Positions 14,090-29,103 of a stretch of DNA of 64,000 nt are shown piece after piece (the first letter of the stretch is position 1; each line of letters opens with the position of its first letter). The stretch is from the human T2T-CHM13v2.0 reference genome, Homo sapiens. Both the position numbers and the translations under genes were made by a program. The notes beneath the pieces were generated by a model that ran no database searches, was not told where the DNA came from, and saw only the letters and a program-made list of their open reading frames with translations. The DNA lies in NCBI RefSeq assembly GCF_009914755.1, contig NC_060928.1. One strand, given 5' to 3'.

Positions 14090-15215
14090 GTATTGATTAT
14101 TCTGCTTCTTCAATTTTACAAGATAATCCTAAATAGTAGGCAAAAATGGCTAGCCTTTTTGACAAATTTAATTGTGGTAAACTGTGCTAATAATATTTTC
14201 TTCATTTGCTTTCTGTCACATTCTTTAATCTGATTCTTTAATGGTCACTTTTTTGTTTGTTTTCCTTCAGTGTGTTGTTTAACTTAATAAATGATACTTC
14301 ATCAATCTGTGTAGAGTTTTGTTACCACATTGATCAAATGTAACTGTAAATGAAATCATCCTTATTGATGAAAACCTTAAGGATCGTCCTGGTGGCAAGA
14401 CATACACAATTCTTCTAGTACATTTAAAATGATGAAGATATTATTTTCTCAGCTTTCTAACTAAATTTTACCTAACATGGTTATACATTCACTCAGACCC
14501 AGTAAAATTACTTAAACATTTCATTGAATAAACTTCATTTTCTTTTTGTTTTATTTCAGAATATTGTACTAGGTTGATTCCCTCTTCAGTAAACCCGTTA
14601 CTTAGTATTGTATGTCTGTGATTTGCACTGTAGATGGCAGTATATCATTTCTATTAGAATGTGTAACTTCTATAGCATTGTTAAAAGTTTGACTAAGATC
14701 AAAATATTTATTTTGTGGATTAAAAAATATTTTCCTTTTGTAAACTTAATTGGAATTTGCAATTTATGTATCTTGTGAAGAAATTTGACACCTGGATTTG
14801 GGGAGGAAAAAACAAGATAGGAAACTAAAAGAAAAAGAAACATTATTTTACACTGGTAAGGCAATGTGAGTAAAATGAACTCATTGTCCATCTACATGGC
14901 TCAGCTTTTTTTCTGTTTACCATCTGTTTTCCATTTGGAGAAAATCTTATCCATGGAAGAATTGAATTTAACATAGTTATATATTTTGGATTTTGAAATA
15001 AAACCTATGTAGATGAATCTCGATTTTATAAAGGAAATACATTTGAAGTGCTTATAAAAAGAAAGAGTAATTGGTTTATTGAAGATGTTATGCCTCTGTT
15101 ACTACTTGAGAATGGAATAACTTCTTTCTAATTATAAAAATTGTAATGCCAATATTGGTACTTTTTCTTTTTCAAATTACTGTGTTCTCATAAAGGTTTG
15201 CTTTCGTCCCATTAG

Positions 15216-15386
15216 TTGGTTGATCGTGTTTTTGATGAAAGCCTCAACTTCCAAAAGATTCCTCCATTAGTTCATTCCAAAACACCAGAAGGAAACAACG
15301 GTCGATCTGGTGATCCAAGACCTCAAGCAGCAGAGCCTCCCGATCACTTAACAATTACAAGGCGGAGAACCTGGAGCAGGGATGAA
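15216..15386 (+). CDS. CEP170P1: CEP170-like exon: [57 protein letters not shown]
   Basis: Acceptor cccattag|TTG; donor GAA|gtaagt at 15387; 171 nt; matches ORF track 15216..15401. Confidence 0.93.
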
Positions 15387-15406
15387 GTAAGTAAACTATA
15401 AATTTT

Positions 15407-15880
15407 AACATGCGGCAGAAGCAGCATGTTCCGTAAGAAAAGGAGGAACCGTTCAGTGAGTAGGGCTGGGGAAAAAGTGATTCTCCTTAATGAATGCAAT
15501 GAAATTTCACCATGACATCACATCATATACAAATAATTATGTCACTTAGAGGTTAGCGAAAATAATACTGTAATTGTTTTTTCTCATTTAAGTTCATGAA
15601 TATGAATTTAGTTCTTAAATTCATTCTCCAAATGAATTTAGAACATGAAGCATGTTCCGTAAGTGAGAAAAGGAGGAACCATTCAGTAAGTAGGGCTGGG
15701 AAGAAAGTGATTCTCCTTAATAAATGCAATGAAATTTCACCATGACATCACATCATATACAAATAATTATGTCACTTAGAGGTTAGTGAAAATAATATTG
15801 TAATTGCTTTTTCTCATTTAAGTTCATGAATATGAATTTAGTTCTTAAATTCATTCTCTAAATGAATTTAGTTCTTAAAT
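15407..15880. repeat. Tandem duplication of about 230 bp directly after the exon donor at 15387
   Basis: Two near-identical copies at an offset of about 230 (gtcacttagagg at 15541 and 15771). Confidence 0.92.
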
Positions 15881-15899
15881 AATGCATGAAAAACTGTAA

Positions 15900-16900
<1,001 letters not shown>

Positions 16901-17697
16901 TTCTTCATAAAAGAATGGTTATTTCAAATACTACTGTGGAAAGAGGTGATTTATGAACAACACACAGAGGTGGTATAGGCTTAAGGGCTGGGTAGAGGAA
17001 TAATGTAGAAAGAAACAGTTGACCAGAAGAGATTGATCATAGATTAATATTTGTGGATCCCTGGATTTAGGAATAAGATCTTGAGATTATTATGTAAGAA
17101 TATGTATGTTTCTCATGGTACTGAGTAGAAAAAGATCTACCTGGTAGAAAAGTATGCAACTAGCCCGAAAGTTACAACTGAAGTATACTAAAACGTTTTA
17201 CAGCATACTTGATCTGTCCTGGCCTAATAGTTGATTTGTTCTTGGTATCAGGAAAAGAGCCTATTCTCTAAACTTACTCATAATCATTCTGTCCCGATGT
17301 CTAGGAAGACAAATTTCTCCAAACATAATAAAACTATGTGGAAGAAGTGTATGTTTTTAAAGAGAATGGAAACATCTAGATTGATAGTTATCTCAAGGTT
17401 GAGATCAGGAATTTATTTAATACTTTGTGACAACAAACTAAACTTCATGAGCAAAGAAAAGAGAAATATCCTATTCTGTGTTGCAATGTTTCCTTAGACT
17501 CTCCTGCCCTTTCTCATGCCTCCCTAATTTGTATATGTCTTCCATCCTTATTTGATTGTTTTCTTAAGGCCCACAAAAACCATTTTGCTTATTTATCCTT
17601 TCCTTGACAATGTTATTTTTCACAACCTAAATAAACTTTTGTTACCCACTAAATTCAAATCCTTGTCATTCTGAAGTTAGTTCATGTTTTTCCATGA

Positions 17698-18054
<357 letters not shown>

Positions 18055-18341
18055 TCATTAGAATTCTTACAGCACTGAATCCCAAAATTTATATGAACGT
18101 CTCTTGTTTTGTAGGCCTTAGGCTTAATGATAAAATATGTAATCGTATTCCCTGTATATTACCGTCACCTCTCCCAGTGGTCTTTAAACCTTTTTGCCTT
18201 CTAGGGCCTTATTTTCTGTTTTCTTTCAGGCTCTGGATATAGTACTGACAATATAAGGAGTTCATTTTGAAACCCACGGCTAGACTCAAGTTTTGTCCTT
18301 TTTCTACCATGCTTCATTAGCTTTGCCTTTCATGATTTGGC

Positions 18342-18563
18342 CTAGGGCTTGGCAAACTTCAGCCCATAGGCCAAATCCAACCTGTCACTTGTTTTGTAAA
18401 AGTTTTGTTACAACACGGCTATGTCCACATGCATAATTTGCTCATTATTTATGGCTGCTTTCACTCTGCAAAGGCAGAGTTGAGGAATTGTGGCAGAGAC
18501 CCTATGTCCCTCAAATACTAAAACCTTCACCCTCTGGCTCTTTACAGAGGTTGGTGACCCCTG
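18342..18563. mobile_element. MER58A-like hAT-Charlie element
   Basis: Termini tagggcttggcaaact and ggttggtgacccctg. Confidence 0.75.
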
Positions 18564-18934
18564 GTTTTGCCCATGCATCTCAACTGGGGTAATACCAACA
18601 CTCAGTACAAAAACTTACTATTTTGTGTAAATTTTTCAAAATGTATGTTTCCCACTAGACTCTTTGCTGGAGAACAAGGATTGTACTCTCCTTGATTTCT
18701 GTATTCACATTACTTAGACCCTATGTCCCTCAAAGACTAAAACCTTCACCCTCTGGCTCTTTACAGAGATTGGTGACCCCTGGTTTTGCCCATGCATCTC
18801 AACTGGAGTAATACCAACACCCAGTATAAAAACTTACTATTTTGCGTAAATTTTTCAAAATGTATGTTTCCCACTAAACTCTTTGCTGGAGAACAAGGAT
18901 TGTACTCTTCTTGATTTCTGTATTCACATTACTT
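18497..18934. repeat. 219-bp head-to-tail tandem duplication
   Basis: Copy 1 at 18497-18715 and copy 2 at 18716-18934, about 8 substitutions by eye. Confidence 0.95.
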
Positions 18935-19315
18935 GGTGAAAGAATTAATAATAAATTTAGTACTCTAAGTTATTTGTATCTTCTCTTTTATAATTCAGTT
19001 GGAAGTAAGAGAGACAGGATCACAATAGTAATTGAAGATAAACTGAGGATAAAATGGATTGTGTTTGGAAACTGATATGACCAAAATAATACGGAAACTT
19101 TGACAAGTTATTTAATAATAAGAACTCCTTTGTTAATAGTGTTTCTTTCACTTTCTCTTTAGTTACATATTAATTATATTCTTCACTGGTTTATAATTAA
19201 AATAAGCATAAATACTAACTGCCCCTAACTATAGTGACTTGTGACTAGTGATCTCAGTAGTTATACAATACAGGGGTAATATTTTAATATCTACTTTTTT
19301 CTTTGGCTGTTTCAG

Positions 19316-19404
19316 GTCATGGGAGATAATCTGCTGCTGTCATCCGTCTTTCAGTTCTCTAAGAAGATAAGACAATCTATAGATAAGACAGCTGGAAAGA
19401 TCAG
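19316..19404 (+). CDS. CEP170P1: CEP170-like exon: [29 protein letters not shown](R)
   Basis: Acceptor tgtttcag|GTC; donor CAG|gtacat; 89 nt, phase 0 to phase 2. Confidence 0.92.
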
Positions 19405-20041
19405 GTACATGTACATATAGCTTTAACTTTAATATCACCTCACTTTGCTTTTTGCTTTTTCTCAAGGTTAAAAATGTATCATCAGAATGAATATGTTTAC
19501 CTTTGGAAAAATTTGTCCCAAAGTAAATATCTATCCAGTACTACTTTATAACTTTAAATTTATTACTAATTCAAAACATAAATAGACTTACAGATGTTAT
19601 TCAACAGTAGTTCAGAAATCCATGCTGCTATTGCTTATTTCTGATTCCTATAATTAAAATTTAAAATGTAATGAAACAGTATTTGAACATGGTTTGTGAA
19701 TTGTAATATTCCACACAAATATAATTCTATATTGCTTATATATTGAAATAATATATTTTATCAGCATTTGATGAGTACCAAGAAGCCATTAAATTTTTTC
19801 AAAAACAATTTCAAAAGCACCATTTAAAAATTAAAGTATTCTTAAAAACAGTCTATTTAACTTAAAGCAATCTGTTTTAAGTTACTGTAAACGAAGTTTG
19901 CATCATCTTCTAGAAAAATTGAGAAATTCAGAAGGAAATGTAGAAAGTTGGCCTATATAGGTAAATTTTACTTGGCATGTTAAGAAACAGAAAGAGCTTT
20001 CTTTTTATCTTGAGCCTGTATCTTAAAAATTTCTTAAAGGT

Positions 20042-20417
<376 letters not shown>

Positions 20418-20751
20418 TTAAAAGTAATGTATTCTGCACTGTCTTGTCCCATTTTTCTATTTATTTTAAAATGTATAGCTTTTTAGCAAAAGTAATACAT
20501 GAACATGGTTAAAAAATATAAATATTCCAGAAAAATATATATTATATCTAATAGTGGGTGTGTTTCCCCACTCTGGGTTCATTTCTCAAAGGTTTATACA
20601 AACATGATCATATTTTATCTACTTTTGTACCTTGATCTTTTCTCTTAATTAGATCTTTACTTTCCCCAAAGAGTATGAGTGAAATGTATTGACAGACCCC
20701 TCCATATTTGATTGGCATATGAGGCATGCTGCCTTAGTGAAAAAATAGCTG

Positions 20752-21033
20752 AGTCTGGGTGCAGTGGCTCATGCCTGGTAATCCTAGCACCTTGGGAGGC
20801 CAAGGCAGGCAGATCATTTGAGCCTAGGACTTGAAGACCAGCCTGAGCCACAAAGCAAGATTAAAAAAAAAAAAAAATTGGCTGGGCATGGTGGCACATG
20901 CCTATAGTCCCAGCTATTTGAGAGGCTGAAATGGGAGGATCACTGGAGCTCATGGGTTCAGAGTTACAGTGAGCCATGATCATGGCACTGCACCACAGCC
21001 TGGGCGACAGAGCAAGACCCTATCTCAAAAAAC
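20752..21033 (+). mobile_element. AluJ
   Basis: Diverged Alu dimer. Confidence 0.88.
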
Positions 21034-24019
21034 AGCAATAGAATGTTTAAAACGTTTGGCTTTTCGTAAAGAGTACCTTGTACATATAAATAATGTTGAA
21101 GGTGTTTTTAATGACTACCATTACGTACCTATCCATTGTTTTTTAAAGAGAATTTACCTTTATCAATTCCCATATATTCTTATGAATTTTAAATAGACTT
21201 AATTTTCTACAGAATAATATTTTAATATTTACTTGTTAACAAATAAGTATTAGGTACATTCTAGGTACTTTATAATTAGACATTGACAAAACAAAGACCC
21301 CTGTTCTCATGAAATTTACATTCTATATCATGTAAACCAATTAGCTTGTATTAAGTTAGCTATTTCTGCTATCTACACATGATTTGACTTAATTTCATTA
21401 TTTCACTTGAATATTACCTGTATTTTACTACTCACATTTTCTATTTCCACTTGAAACCCAATAACCTGCATCAACTTTTTCTTATTATTAAAATCACTGG
21501 TTACACTGATGAGATAAAAAGTATAATAACAATATTAATTTCAGGTATAAATTGGAACCTTATTAACTAAAAAATTTTAAGGCTTATAATTGATTTTAGA
21601 GAAATTAAATTAGTTGCATGCTGTTTATAAATACCACATTTTATAAATCCTGATAGGGCTTATAAATGAGTCCATTGTTTTTCTTTTACTCACACTCAGT
21701 GATTAAGTAATTAGCACCCTATTATTGTCTTACGTGAGATATAGTACATGTTTTCCCCTAGTGACTCCATCATTCCTGGGTTTACTTCTTTCACAAGTAA
21801 GAGAATCCCCTTCACCGTGCAACCCATTCACCTATGATTTGCTAATATATCCTATGGCCAGAGACAAATGAAGTCCACCATTCCCTGGGGTAAAGCCTAA
21901 CTGAAATTTGTAGGGAAAAAAATTTTAAGCTTAACTTACTAGTTTTTACACATGAATAAACAAATCTATAGGCCTCAATCACACAGCTGCTTATTAATAT
22001 CATGATTTGGCTCAAGCATTCATTGTAGTTAAATGTAATATATAATTGTTATCATTTTTATTTTAGTTCCACTAAAATTATTTTCTAAAGCTGGGGCATT
22101 ATGGAAGGATTATTAACCAAAGAAATAAATAAATGAAATAAACATTGGTTAAGATCATCTTATATGGGAATAAAGTCTCCAGACTCATTCATTCATTGAA
22201 TGATTTTTGACTGTATGTTATTTGTCTAGCACTGTTTTTGATGTCCTCACATTTGAGTGTAGAAGGCAGGTAAACAGGTAATTATAGTTCAGTGTGTTAA
22301 GGGAAATATAGGATGGTTACTACGGAAGCCCATAGCAAGGGCACTTGGGAAATTCAGAGAAGGGCTCTTAGAGAAATTGCCATGCAATTTAAGTCCTGAA
22401 TGATGAGGAGAGGAGTTACTCAAAAGCTATGTGAAGTGAAAGGGCCAGAGTATGGTGAGAGATGACACTAGAGAGATGAGGATGAATCTGTTTTGGCAGA
22501 ATTTGTTAAGGAGTTTGGATTTTATCATTAAAAACCATAGGAAGCTAATATATCCAATATGGGTCCTCTTGATACACCAGTGCTATGTGTAAAAACATCA
22601 TGACAGTCTTGTATGGTCATGTGGCTTGCACCTGGAAAACCCTGGAGTCTCCTTACCTGTAAACAAGTACACAATGTTTTTTCATCCTACCTACTGAAAT
22701 ACAGGTCCGTCCCTGATAACTGGATTCTTAACCACTCATTCATTTATTCAGCAGATGTTCACAGATTACCTGCCGTGTACCATTCTCTTCCTTACCACGG
22801 AGCAGCTTTCCTACATTCTGTAGTCTCCCCCAAAGAACAATATTTTTTGTAGCTTTGACATTGAACTAAAATTGAGAACAAAGAAGACATTGCTGATGGA
22901 TTGATAAACTGTATTGTCTCAGAAAGTGACAGAATTTATAAAGTTTAAAAAAGGATGCATAAAAATGCCTCAATAAAGTTATACATAAATACAGAATGTT
23001 TAATGTATTTGAATTGCCTTCAGTTCGAGTGTTGAGTTTTACTATGCATAAAGCACTATGGCAGGCTTTATGGAAGGTAATGAGGATAAAACCATTTCTA
23101 TTATTAAAGAGTTTCCAGTGTAGTTGGCAAGGTGAAGCACATATACAATCAACTATCATACAAGATAGCGTATAATAGATTAGTGCTCAGTTAGAGATAT
23201 AAAGGCAAAGGAAGGATCACTTTCACCTAGGAGGTTTAGGGAAGGCTTTGGGAAGAAGATACTATTCAAAGGTAGGTCTGAGTTGTGATAACCAAACCTA
23301 AGGGGTAGAGACCTGGGCCTTCTGCATGGAAAGTGCCAGGGTAGTTTGAGAATCAACTGGTCTTTAAGCTTTGTGTCAGGAGTTATAACCTCAAATGTCT
23401 ACTGGGGTTCATCCTAGAGGCATGCGTATTTACATTGTATGAACACTGTCTGTGGAATAAATTTTTAAATATTTATACAGGAACTCCTGTTGTACAGCAT
23501 TCTCATTGCATTCCATGTGAAAATGACCCCCTTAGGTTGTGTAGCACGGCCTTGCATTGGTAGACTCTCAATTCGCAACTCCGCGTTCGCATGTTTTAAG
23601 GGCTAGTACTAGGGAATTGGTTATGGCTCGTAGAATAGGAGCCTGAGACTTCTGTTTGTTTCCCTAAAACCAATGGCTTTATCAAAAGTATTTTAACTTA
23701 ATTCTTAAATTATTGAATGAAATAAGCTTTGGAATTTTATGTATTTTCATGCTGAAGTTTAGCTTATTTTGAATCTATAATATAATCTGAATATCACTTT
23801 GAAAGCTATGATTTTTTCAGCTTAAAATTGATAAGGACCTTCAAACAAAAACAAGTTCTGATCATTATAGCCTGGTCTAAACTAATTTCTTGGTCTGATT
23901 TTCTGATTCTCTAGTATTTAAATATTAAATATTATAGTAAATATTACAGTAAAGTTTATTTCATAATGCCAAAATGACAAGTTTGACTTCTTAGATCTGT
24001 TCTATTACATATTACAAAT

Positions 24020-24318
24020 TGTTTTTTGTTTTTTGTTTTTTGTTTTTGAGATGGGCTGGAGTGCAGTGGCATGTTCACAACTCACTCACTCAGTGCAGCC
24101 TCGACCTCCCTGGGCACAAGCAATCCTCCCACCTCAGCCTTCTTAGTAGCTAGGACTACAGGCATCTGCACCACACCTGGCTAATTTTTTTGTATTTTTT
24201 ATAGAGACGAGGTCTCGCCATGTTGCCCAGGCTGGTCTCAATCTCCTGGCATCAAGTGATCCACCCACCTTGGCTTCCTAAAGTGCTAGGATTACAGGCA
24301 TGAGCCATTGTGCCTGGC
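24020..24318 (-). mobile_element. AluJ
   Basis: Diverged reverse-complement Alu. Confidence 0.88.
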
Positions 24319-25417
24319 CAACAAACTGTATTTTAAAATAAACCATTTATTTCTTCAGGGGGGCATTTTTTTTCAGGGGCAACCCGTGAAAAACCCATTT
24401 TCACCAAAGGTGAAATGTCTATGGTCTAACAGTTTTAGATCCACAAACACTATACTCAGTAGCCATCCTCTGGAAAAATTCACTGAATTTTTAGCACTGT
24501 GTGGCTAAACAGAGTCTTTCTCTATTGTATAAGTCCATTACAGTTCTAAGTTGGTCCATGAAATAGTCATTATTTCCTTATTTTCCATCAGTCCTAATGC
24601 TGCAAGGACTTTTTTACAAGAACATAATAATTTAGAAAAGATGGCTGGCAAGGGTGTTCATTTTTTTGAGTTTAGAAAATTTAATAAGTAGGCCATAAGA
24701 ATATTCTTATACCAGATTCTAGACCCGTTGCCACCTTAAGCAAATGTTCCAGACTTGATGTGATGTTAATGAGTTTCATGTTTTTAAATAAGATAAGTCT
24801 GGCATGTTGATCTTTGAAGAAATACCAGCACAAATATTAACTTAGTTTACTACTTAAATGCTGATCAGCTTGCAGTAGTAATACATTTACATGAGGTTAT
24901 ATAGTGTTGTTTAAACTAGATTTCCAGACTTACTGAAAAAATTTTAAAAGAAACCAAAAAAGTAGCTAGTATTTACATCTTTCTAAGACTGCTGAATCAT
25001 GTCTGATAGACTCTAAAGTGTTAGAAAAGTGTCCCACATTTGAAAGACACGTCAAAATTTTGTGGTCCTTTATTTTATAAGTTATTTGATGTTAGGGTAA
25101 TGATAGGATAATTATCTTTATTGGCAATTGTTTTTATCAAAAGGATAGCATCCTAATTCCTAATAGGTTATTATGTGCAAGTATACTAACACGAATTAAC
25201 AATTGTTAAAGAAAAGCACAGTAAGTACTCCCAATTTTTGGTCTTTAAAATAATATACACACTTTTCTTGATCGATAAGGTGCTTATTCCTATATAAAGA
25301 GGTCTTAACAGACACAATTGTTTATACCTAATTCAACCTATTTTCATCTCACTTATTCCTATACTGCATATATTCTGTCTGAATAAAATTGCATTTTCTT
25401 TATAAGTGACAGTTACA

Positions 25418-25773
25418 CAGTCTTTTCTCCTTATACCCAGGTGATACATGTTGTTCCCAGATATCCACTGGATGCCTGACACCACAGATAGTTCTAAAAC
25501 CTAATATACTGTGTATTTTCCTACACATACATGCCTATGATAAAGTTTAATTTATAAATTAGGCACAGTAAGAGATTAACAATAGTAACTAATAATAAAA
25601 TAGAACATTTGTAACAATATACTGTAAAAAAAATTATTTGAGTGTGGTCTTTTCTCTCTCTCTCTCTCTCTCTCTCTCCCTCTCCCAAAATACTGTAATA
25701 GTTTCGGACCATGCTTGACTGCCACTAACTAAAACCATGGAAAGAGAAACCGTGGATAAGAGGGCATTACTGT
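25418..25773. mobile_element. Tigger2-family (MER28/Tigger2a-like) DNA transposon with an internal (CT)n
   Basis: gataaagtttaatttataaattaggcacagtaagagattaac; end gaaaccgtggataag...actgta. Confidence 0.75.
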
Positions 25774-26082
25774 ATTGTAAATTATAAATATTAAAGTTTT
25801 GAGGTCATAACATCATTTACATTTGTTTTATATTTTGTTTTCAATAAAGAATAAGATAAACGGTAAAGAATATATGCATGTATTAATAAGCATTCAATTG
25901 GAGCTCATACACATGAATTAATTGGTACTGTTGGCTTAGTATTTTAATTCTCAGTTTATGCAATGGTTGGTTTTTTTTCTTTGTGTACCTTTGAAAAGAT
26001 ACATTGCTTTGGTATTATTAACAAAAAAGTAATAGGTTTTTAAAATATAAAAAGTTATATGCTTATGTTTTTTGATTTATAG

Positions 26083-26176
26083 AATATTATTTAAAGACAA
26101 AGATCGGAATTGGGATGACATAGAAAGCAAATTAAGAGCCGAAAGTGAAGTCCCTATTGTGAAAACCTCGAGCATG
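26083..26176 (+). CDS. CEP170P1: CEP170-like exon: (R)[31 protein letters not shown]
   Basis: Acceptor gatttatag|A; donor ATG|gtatag; 94 nt, phase 2 to phase 0. Confidence 0.92.
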
Positions 26177-26623
26177 GTATAGTAATTTTTCTTGAAGATT
26201 AAAACATTTTAATAGGGTTTTATTTTAAGGAAAAGACCCTTATTTTTGAGCTGTTCGTTGATTTGCTTTTTCAGAAGAAGATATAAATGCAAAATTTTGG
26301 GAAATTTTATTTCTTCTACTGACTCACAGGTTTAAAATGTTGATTGTTTCAAAGTTGCAGAGGGTATGAAGGAGGAGCCTTTTGTGTTTCTTACTAGTGT
26401 AGATTGTTCTTGTAATAATTAAACATTAGAAACATGAAATTTTTAAAGAGAACCAAATCTAACATGAAAATATTAAGTTGACATAAGTCGTTTCCGTTTA
26501 CTTAATATAATGCTTATCTTCTTTTTAAAAGAATTTGTACAGATTTTCATTGCTCAGAATATAATTATAATATTGAGGTTGCAGTTTATATGTTTTTACA
26601 AAGATAATTTGAAGGCATTTTTA

Positions 26624-26995
<372 letters not shown>

Positions 26996-27243
26996 TTAAA
27001 CTTTTCATCTGCTACAATCATCTCATTGAAAAAGTTATTCTATTTCATTTTAGTTTAAATATTTTAATTTGAATCTTGTTTGCTAGATATCATAATTATT
27101 TCATATCATGTTGCTATTAATGTAGTAAGTACCATGTAGATAATATTAAGTGTTCCAAATAAAGTGAGAGTGAAATTCATTGCTTGTAAAGTGATAACAT
27201 TTAGCTAAAAGTAGGCTAATTTTTGTTATTGCTTTCCCTGCAG

Positions 27244-27295
27244 GAGATTTCTTCTATCTTACAGGAACTGAAAAGAGTAGAAAAGCAGCTACAAG
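27244..27295 (+). CDS. CEP170P1: CEP170-like exon: EISSILQELKRVEKQLQ(A), coiled-coil-like
   Basis: Acceptor ttccctgcag|GAG; donor AAG|gtaaat; 52 nt, phase 0 to phase 1. Confidence 0.92.
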
Positions 27296-28813
27296 GTAAA
27301 TTTACTACTGAATTAAGTATAAAGAGCTAATAATTTAGAATAAGTGCCTTCTGAGTGGTATTTCTTAAAATATTCTTATTGTTAGGATGTTATTTGATTA
27401 AATGTAATGACATACATAAAATACAGAGTTCAAACATTCACATTATTCATAAAAAGGAATTTTTTTAAACCCAGTATAAAAATTTAAAATATAATAAAGA
27501 TATATGTTGGGCATATTTTAGTTCATAGGTTTGACAATAGGCTAGATGTCATAAACTAATTGAAATTTTTTATGTATTACATATAAATAATATGTGAAAA
27601 ATATGTAATAAAGTTGTGTTAATTAGCATTATTTGTGTGATTTGACAGTTCTTAAATTATGTTGGTGGTGTAACCTGAAACAAACTTACATTCTAATAGA
27701 AATAATAGTTGTTTGGTTGACAAGAAATGAGTACATATTGGCCATAGAGACCAGAAGAGAAAGGAGAGAAGAAAGTGAAAGAGGCTGCCCTCTAAACTTG
27801 TCAGAGCTGGGCTGTGCATTAATGCCTATGTATGTCTTGACCCAGAAGTCCCCAGTGGTACAACAGGCAGGTTCCATAGTCAACTGCTAATTCTACTGAG
27901 TCTTTATCTATCGAATAATCATAGGTACTTATGTGGATCCTATCAAAATGATTTTTCATCTTTATTTAGCCCCAACACACCTAAGGGTTATGGTATAACC
28001 CATGAGTAAAAGTGGCTTGCTAACACAGTGCTTGTTAGCTGGTAGACTGGGGGTATACTTTTAAAAGTCCCTTCTACATGATTCTTACATCTATGTTACT
28101 TCCTTCTTCCAACTCCCTACTCTGCCCAATGCCAAATTGAAAATCACCGCCTGAGAACTTTCCATGTCAACCCAAAGATCTTTTGGACTGAAAGCTGACC
28201 TTTAACTGACCCCTTCCACACAGGCAGCAAGTCTGTTTGGCTTTGCAAGCTGCCCTGTGATATTAGTCTGTAGGCTCTGAGGGAACCCCTGTATCTCAGT
28301 GGTATATACAGCTGATACCCTAGCACTCTGGCCAGGCTCAATGACCGTATTCTATGGTAGCATTCAAAGTATGCTGATGTTCTTCTGGCCTCTCCAGCCT
28401 TGAGGTTACTCTGAACCCTGACTTAGCAGCTAATACCTCAGTTATCTGAGTGATAAATAGGGTTTAGATGTTTATTAAAAATCATATTCAGTATTTTCTC
28501 TATCCTCTCACAATAATGAAGACAAATTTCAACAAGATTTTTCTTGAATTCCACGTCTTCAAATACCAGACTTACAAGTCTCTGAAATGCCCGTAAGTGC
28601 CACATCAAAGGACCCAGAGAAAGTATTCAGGGCTGGGTAATTTACAGTACAGCTACAGAATAACTAAGAATGGAGTTTTAAATATAATATTGGAAGATTA
28701 GCCACATTTAAGATCACATACGCACTGATAGTTTAAATATTATCCAAATCATGAACAGTGTTTATATGTGAATGTAACTGCATCTAGAATTATTTCCTTT
28801 TCCCGCCCTTTAG

Positions 28814-29103
28814 CAATCAATGCTATGATTGATCCTGATGGAACTTTGGAGGCTCTGAACAACATGGGATTTCCCAGTGCTATGTTGCCATCTCCACCGA
28901 AACAGAAGTCCAGCCCTGTGAATAACCACCACAGCCCGGGTCAGACACCAACACTTGGCCAACCAGAAGCTAGGGCTCTTCATCCTGCTGCTGTTTCAGC
29001 CGCAGCTGAATTTGAGAATGCTGAATCTGAGGCTGATTTCAGTATACATTTCAATAGAGTCAACCCTGATGGGGAAGAGGAAGATGTTACAGTACATAAA
29101 TGA
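28814..29103 (+). CDS. CEP170P1: CEP170-like last exon, coding part: (A)[28 protein letters not shown]...[17 protein letters not shown]
   Basis: Acceptor ccctttag|CA; TGA at 29101-29103; matches ORF track 28768..29103. Confidence 0.93.

Noticed and set aside
28768-28813. N-terminal part of the 111-aa ORF ([15 protein letters not shown])
   Set aside because: Intronic read-through upstream of the acceptor at 28813
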